Source: a virus
Direction: 5' to 3' (one strand)
IMG/VR virus record: IMGVR_UViG_3300032236_001081
Span: 11,730 to 75,729 of that record
DNA length: 64,000 nt
Position numbers and translations under genes: made by a program. This document shows, in pieces, positions 59,502 to 64,000 of the stretch. Position 1 is the stretch's first letter; each line of letters starts with the position of its first letter. Under the pieces are notes generated by a model, which saw only the letters and a program-made list of their open reading frames with translations, searched no databases and was not told the origin of the DNA.

Positions 59502-59913
59502 CACTAGAGTTGCGATTCTTGAAGAAAAATTTTCGGTGTATGAACAGATGCTTAATAAGATTGAAGATGCGATTAGAGCAATAAGTGAAACAAGTCAAGG
59601 CATTTCAAAAATGCTTGCAATTCACGAAGAAAGAATTGAAGTCTCAAATAAGGCTGATAATTCTATTTTAGTTAAGTTGAGAGAAGTTGAAGAAAAAAAT
59701 AATACAGAACACGGCAAAGTTATAAAAAAAATAGAAGGACTTGAAACTAAGATAGAAGACCTATCTAAAGCTAGATGGATGGCTGTAGGAGTTATAGGAT
59801 TTTTAGCATTAGTAGCAACCGCAGTAAGTACTCTTGCTTCGGGTATGTTAATTCCCCACTCTCCAATGCCTCCAGATACCAATCCCCCAGCACATGTTAA
59901 AGACGCAAAATAA
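59476..59913 (+). CDS. Coiled-coil protein with C-terminal transmembrane helix
   Basis: Start reassigned to ATG 59476 (GGAGAGG SD); KMLAIHEERI; RWMAVGVIGFLALVATAV TM segment. Confidence 0.7.
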   Translation: MFNQNEKVDTRVAILEEKFSVYEQMLNKIEDAIRAISETSQGISKMLAIHEERIEVSNKADNSILVKLREVEEKNNTEHGKVIKKIEGLETKIEDLSKARWMAVGVIGFLALVATAVSTLASGMLIPHSPMPPDTNPPAHVKDAK

Positions 59914-59967
59914 TTGACTTAACAGCGACCTTACAGTAGGGTAATAGTCGATGAATCTTACCTTATA

Positions 59968-60972
59968 ATGTCTTTTATTGATACTAAGTATATTGGATTA
60001 ATTTCATCTAGACTGGATAAGTTTTCCCAAAAGAATTCTAAAAATTACGAATTTCGTTGCTGGTATTGTGGAGACAGTAAGAAATCTCAATCAAAGAAAC
60101 GAGGAAACTTATATCAAATCGGAACTTCTTATAATTATAAATGTTTCAATTGTGGGAAGTCAGTAAGTTTTTCAACCTTCCTAAAAGATTTAGACCCATC
60201 TTTACACGACCAGTATATTCTAGAGAAGTATAAAGAAACTGGTCCACGACTCAAAAGAATAGAAGTAAAGCCTAAACTTCAAGTTCCAAAACTTAGAACT
60301 ATTAAAAAATATTTTGACCTACCTTTGGTTTCACAACTAAATAAAGAACACTTTGCAAGACAGTATTTAGAAGACCGAAAAATACCTAAACACTATTTGG
60401 ATGAATTATATTTTTGTGAAAAGTTCAAACACTGGACCAACACACAAAAACCAACATTCAAATTTACTAATCACGATGAGCCTAGAATCATCATCCCTTT
60501 AGTTTCAGATGGTAATATCTTCGGGTTCCAAGGAAGAAGTCTTTCAAAAAATGCAAACATTAAATATATTACAATAATATTGGACGATACCCTACCTAAG
60601 GTATATGGAGTAGATACTATAAATTGGGATAATGCCGTCTATATCGTTGAAGGGCCATTTGATAAGATGTTTCTTTCAAATTCTATTGCTATGGTTGGAG
60701 CAGATATAAACCTAACTTCATTTTCAAGTGATGCTAATTTCATTTATGTTTATGATAATGAAAGAAGAAACGAACATATTGTTAGTAGAATAGAAAAGGT
60801 TATAGATTTAGGACATTCTGTTGTAATTTGGCCCAATGACTTGAAAGAAAAGGACATTAATGATTTAATTTTATCTGGTATGAGTTCTTTTGATATTCAA
60901 AAGATTATTAAAGATAATACATTTAAAGGACTACAAGCAAAAGTAAAACTTACCGAATGGAAACGAGTATGA
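59968..60972 (+). CDS. gp61: DNA primase gp61
   Basis: Zinc finger CWYCGDS...CFNC; RIIIP; GFQGR; TOPRIM VEGPFD; YDNE; KDIND. Confidence 0.96.
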   Translation: MSFIDTKYIGLISSRLDKFSQKNSKNYEFRCWYCGDSKKSQSKKRGNLYQIGTSYNYKCFNCGKSVSFSTFLKDLDPSLHDQYILEKYKETGPRLKRIEVKPKLQVPKLRTIKKYFDLPLVSQLNKEHFARQYLEDRKIPKHYLDELYFCEKFKHWTNTQKPTFKFTNHDEPRIIIPLVSDGNIFGFQGRSLSKNANIKYITIILDDTLPKVYGVDTINWDNAVYIVEGPFDKMFLSNSIAMVGADINLTSFSSDANFIYVYDNERRNEHIVSRIEKVIDLGHSVVIWPNDLKEKDINDLILSGMSSFDIQKIIKDNTFKGLQAKVKLTEWKRV

Positions 60973-63266
60973 GTAACGGGACTAACGTAATCAAAAGAAA
61001 TGGCAGTCAGGAGCCTCTGGATTTAAATAAGCTTCACTTAATGGTTGAGGAGGCTTGTAAAGACCTTTCAGGGGTTTCTGCATCTCAGGTTGAGATGACT
61101 TCTGGAATTCAATTTTATAATGGAATTTCAACAGGAGAAGTTCAAGAAATTTTGATTAAATCTGCCTCGGATTTGATTGATTTGGAAAATCCAAATTATC
61201 AATTTGTAGCAGCAAGACTTCTTTTATTTTCTATTCGTAAATCATTGTATGGGAAGATTAAAGACCATCCTACATTCTTTGAGCATATTACTAAATGTGT
61301 AGATGCAAGTGTTTATGATAAGGAAATCTTATCATATTATACGGAAGAAGAACTAAATCGTCTTGGTGATTATATCAAACATAAACGGGATTATCTCTTC
61401 ACCTATGCCGGTCTTCGTCAAGTTGTTGATAAATATCTTGTTCAAGATAGAAGCACCGGACAAGTATATGAAACTCCACAGTTCATGTATATGATGATTG
61501 CTGCAACAAAGTTCTCACGATACCCAAAAGAAACTAGACTTTCATATGTGAAGAGGTACTATGACGCAACATCAAAACACAAAATCAACATCCCAACACC
61601 AATTATGGGAGGAGTTAGGACTCCTTTACGACAATATGCAAGTTGTGTTCTTGTTGATTCTGATGATACCCTCGATAGCATCGGTCACTCTGATTTGGCT
61701 ATTTACAAGTATGTTGCTCAAAGGGCTGGCATCGGTATCAATGCGGGCAGAATCCGTGGTATCAATTCTAAAATCAGAGGTGGAGAAGTACAACATACCG
61801 GGGTTATTCCCTTCCTCAAAAAATTTGAATCAACTGTACGAAGTTGCACTCAAAACGGTATCAGAGGTGGTTCAGCAACTGTTCACTTTCCAATCTGGCA
61901 CCAAGAAATAGAAGACATTATTGTTCTGAAAAATAATAAGGGAACTGAAGATAATCGTGTTCGTAAGTTAGACTATTCTATTCAAATCAGCAAAATCTTC
62001 TATGAACGATTTATCCGCAACGAAGAAATCACACTCTTCTCTCCCCACGATGTTCCTGGTCTTTATGATGCTTTTGGCACTGATGGATTTGACAACCTTT
62101 ATGTGGGTTATGAACGAAATGAATCTATTCCAAGAAAAACTATCGGTGCTCAAGAACTCTTTTTGGACCTTCTAAAAGAAAGAGCAGAAACTGGTCGTAT
62201 TTATATTATGAATATTGACCACTGCAATTCTCATAGTTCTTTCGTTGATAAGGTTTCAATGTCAAACCTTTGTCAGGAAATCACACTTCCAACTAAACCC
62301 ATTCAGCATATTGATGACCCAGACGGAGAAATTGCTCTTTGTATTCTTTCCGCAATCAATATCGGTAAAGTTAAAGACGATTCAGAATTTGAAGAACTTT
62401 GTGATTTGGCTGTTCGTGGATTGGAAGAATTGATTGATTATCAACAATATCCAGTGGTTGCTGCCGAAAAATCAACAAAGGCTCGTAGGTCTCTTGGTAT
62501 TGGATTTATTGGTCTGGCACATTACCTTGCTAAACTTGGTTTCAATTATGATTCTCAAGAAGCATGGGATGCAGTTCATGGACTTTCAGAATCTTTCCAA
62601 TATTTCTTACTCAAATCTTCTAATCAGATTGCCAAAGAAAAAGGTGCTTGTGAATATTTCAATCGCACAAAGTATTCTCAAGGAATTCTTCCAATTGATA
62701 CATACAAAAAGGATGTTGATGAACTGTTAAATCCAACTCTTCAACACGATTGGGAAACACTTAGAGAAGATATAAAACTGTATGGTCTTAGACACTCCAC
62801 ATTATCAGCACAGATGCCCTCCGAGAGCAGTTCAGTCGTCTCTAACGCAACTAATGGAATTGAACCACCTAGAGGTTATTTGTCCGTCAAACAGTCTAAA
62901 AAAGGTCCTCTCAAGCAAATTGTTCCACAGTTTCAAAGTCTTAAAAACAATTATACGCTTCTTTGGGATATGCCTAGCAATCGTGGTTATATTAATATTG
63001 TTGCAGTTATGCAAAAGTTCTTTGATCAAGCGATTTCTGGAAACTGGTCTTATAATCCGGAGAATTATCCCGATAATGAAGTTCCTGTTAGCGTAATGGC
63101 ACAAGATATGCTCACTTGCTTTAAGTATGGGCACAAAACAGCATATTATCAAAACACTTATGATGGTAAGTCCGATGAAATCAGAGAAGAGAAATCTAAT
63201 CTTGACAATTTGATTCAGGACATACTAAGCTCGGATGAAGCAAATTGTGATAGTTGCAGTATTTGA
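60969..63266 (+). CDS. nrdA: Class Ia ribonucleotide reductase alpha subunit
   Basis: ATP-cone VIKRNG; PTPIM; ASCVL; SNLCQEI; MPSESSS; C-terminal CDSC. Confidence 0.98.
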   Translation: MSNGTNVIKRNGSQEPLDLNKLHLMVEEACKDLSGVSASQVEMTSGIQFYNGISTGEVQEILIKSASDLIDLENPNYQFVAARLLLFSIRKSLYGKIKDHPTFFEHITKCVDASVYDKEILSYYTEEELNRLGDYIKHKRDYLFTYAGLRQVVDKYLVQDRSTGQVYETPQFMYMMIAATKFSRYPKETRLSYVKRYYDATSKHKINIPTPIMGGVRTPLRQYASCVLVDSDDTLDSIGHSDLAIYKYVAQRAGIGINAGRIRGINSKIRGGEVQHTGVIPFLKKFESTVRSCTQNGIRGGSATVHFPIWHQEIEDIIVLKNNKGTEDNRVRKLDYSIQISKIFYERFIRNEEITLFSPHDVPGLYDAFGTDGFDNLYVGYERNESIPRKTIGAQELFLDLLKERAETGRIYIMNIDHCNSHSSFVDKVSMSNLCQEITLPTKPIQHIDDPDGEIALCILSAINIGKVKDDSEFEELCDLAVRGLEELIDYQQYPVVAAEKSTKARRSLGIGFIGLAHYLAKLGFNYDSQEAWDAVHGLSESFQYFLLKSSNQIAKEKGACEYFNRTKYSQGILPIDTYKKDVDELLNPTLQHDWETLREDIKLYGLRHSTLSAQMPSESSSVVSNATNGIEPPRGYLSVKQSKKGPLKQIVPQFQSLKNNYTLLWDMPSNRGYINIVAVMQKFFDQAISGNWSYNPENYPDNEVPVSVMAQDMLTCFKYGHKTAYYQNTYDGKSDEIREEKSNLDNLIQDILSSDEANCDSCSI

Positions 63267-63268
63267 TT

Positions 63269-64000
63269 ATGGAAGAAACTAAAACAATACAAGGTATGAC
63301 TGTTCTTAATACCCAAGAAGTAGATTTTAAAAAACAACCAATGTTTTTTGGAGCACCACAAGGAATTCAAAGATACGATTCATATAAGTATCCTGTCTTT
63401 GATAAACTTACCCAGCAGCAACTTGGTTTCTTCTGGAGACCAGAAGAAATCTCTCTTCAAAAAGATCGTTCTGACTATTTGACACTGCGACCTGAACAAA
63501 GACATATGTATACTTCAAACCTGAAGTATCAAATTATGCTTGATAGTGTTCAAGGTCGTGCTCCTGGTATGGCATTTATTCCATATTGCTCTCTTCCTGA
63601 ACTGGAAGCTTGTATGACAGTCTGGGGGTTTATGGAGATGATTCACTCTAGATCTTATACTTACATTATTAAAAATATCTATTCTGATCCATCAGAAGTC
63701 TTTGATACTATTTTAAATAATGATAAGATTCTAGAAAGAGCATCTTCTGTTACTGGAACTTATGACGATTTCATTAATTCTGCTCAACAATATGGGTCTT
63801 CTATAGAAGAAAGATTAGAACTTAAAAGAAAACTTTATCGTGCGGTCGCAAATGTCAACATTCTCGAAGGTATCAGATTTTATGTCTCATTCGCTTGCTC
63901 GTTTGCGTTTGGTGAACTCAAACTTATGGAAGGATCCGCTAAGATTATCTCTCTCATCGCAAGAGACGAAAATCAGCACCTTGTCATTACTCAAAACATC
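63269..64000 (+). CDS. nrdB: Class Ia ribonucleotide reductase beta subunit (3'-truncated by window; not in ORF track)
   Basis: Manual translation: QPMFFG, FFWRPEE, LDSVQGR, EMIHSRSY, LEGIRFYVSF, RDENQH. Confidence 0.97.
   Translation, partial: MEETKTIQGMTVLNTQEVDFKKQPMFFGAPQGIQRYDSYKYPVFDKLTQQQLGFFWRPEEISLQKDRSDYLTLRPEQRHMYTSNLKYQIMLDSVQGRAPGMAFIPYCSLPELEACMTVWGFMEMIHSRSYTYIIKNIYSDPSEVFDTILNNDKILERASSVTGTYDDFINSAQQYGSSIEERLELKRKLYRAVANVNILEGIRFYVSFACSFAFGELKLMEGSAKIISLIARDENQHLVITQNI

Noticed and set aside
59914-59942. Possible early promoter for primase (TTGACT-N17-TAGGGT)
   Set aside because: The -35 is good but the -10 is a poor match; too weak to call
7023-63152. All minus-strand ORFs in the track (60-146 aa) and short alternative-frame plus-strand ORFs inside gp18, gp23, uvsW, uvsX, gp41 and nrdA
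   Set aside because: They lie within or across well-supported genes, have no recognisable motifs or RBS, and look like shadow frames
27153-63266. Inteins or group I introns in the usual hosts (gp17, gp43, gp41, gp46, nrdA)
   Set aside because: All are uninterrupted and of normal length, with no intein splice motifs or LAGLIDADG/HNH inserts
1-64000. tRNA genes, CRISPR arrays, IS elements, photosynthesis genes, stop-codon reassignment
   Set aside because: No cloverleafs, spaced direct repeats, transposases or psb/hli genes seen; core genes read through intact in the standard code

Overview
An AT-rich (roughly 30-32% GC by eye), gene-dense segment of a T4-like myovirus with cyanomyovirus-type (Kyanoviridae-like) organisation. 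The host cannot be fixed from this window. All credible genes lie on the + strand. The order is: baseplate (gp6 3' end, giant gp7, gp8, VrlC-like), fibre/neck/tail/packaging/head genes (gp13-gp23, gp3), uvsY/uvsW, gp55, gp47/46, gp45/44/62, regA, hsp20, gp43, uvsX, a 2OG-Fe(II) hydroxylase, gp41, mazG, a PD-(D/E)xK-like ORF, a cytidyltransferase-like ORF, late accessory ORFs, gp61 primase, nrdA and the 5' part of nrdB. Late promoters (NATAAATA) and sigma70-like early promoters are visible. The main non-obvious signals are five. (1) GATC, CATG and TCGA are strongly depleted through synonymous codon choice, and this breaks down in nrdA-3'/nrdB. (2) A nuclease-like ORF has its RBS in a hairpin that contains a late promoter, as in T4 I-TevI control. 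(3) T4 internal-protein-like capsid-targeting N-termini sit on a nucleotidyltransferase-like protein and a second protein, next to a modular protein that may be processed by gp21. (4) A near-consensus antisense sigma70 promoter points back toward the late region. (5) A structured element after hsp20 may be a small RNA. I saw no tRNA, CRISPR array, intron or intein. All family assignments come from motif recognition and synteny, not database searches.
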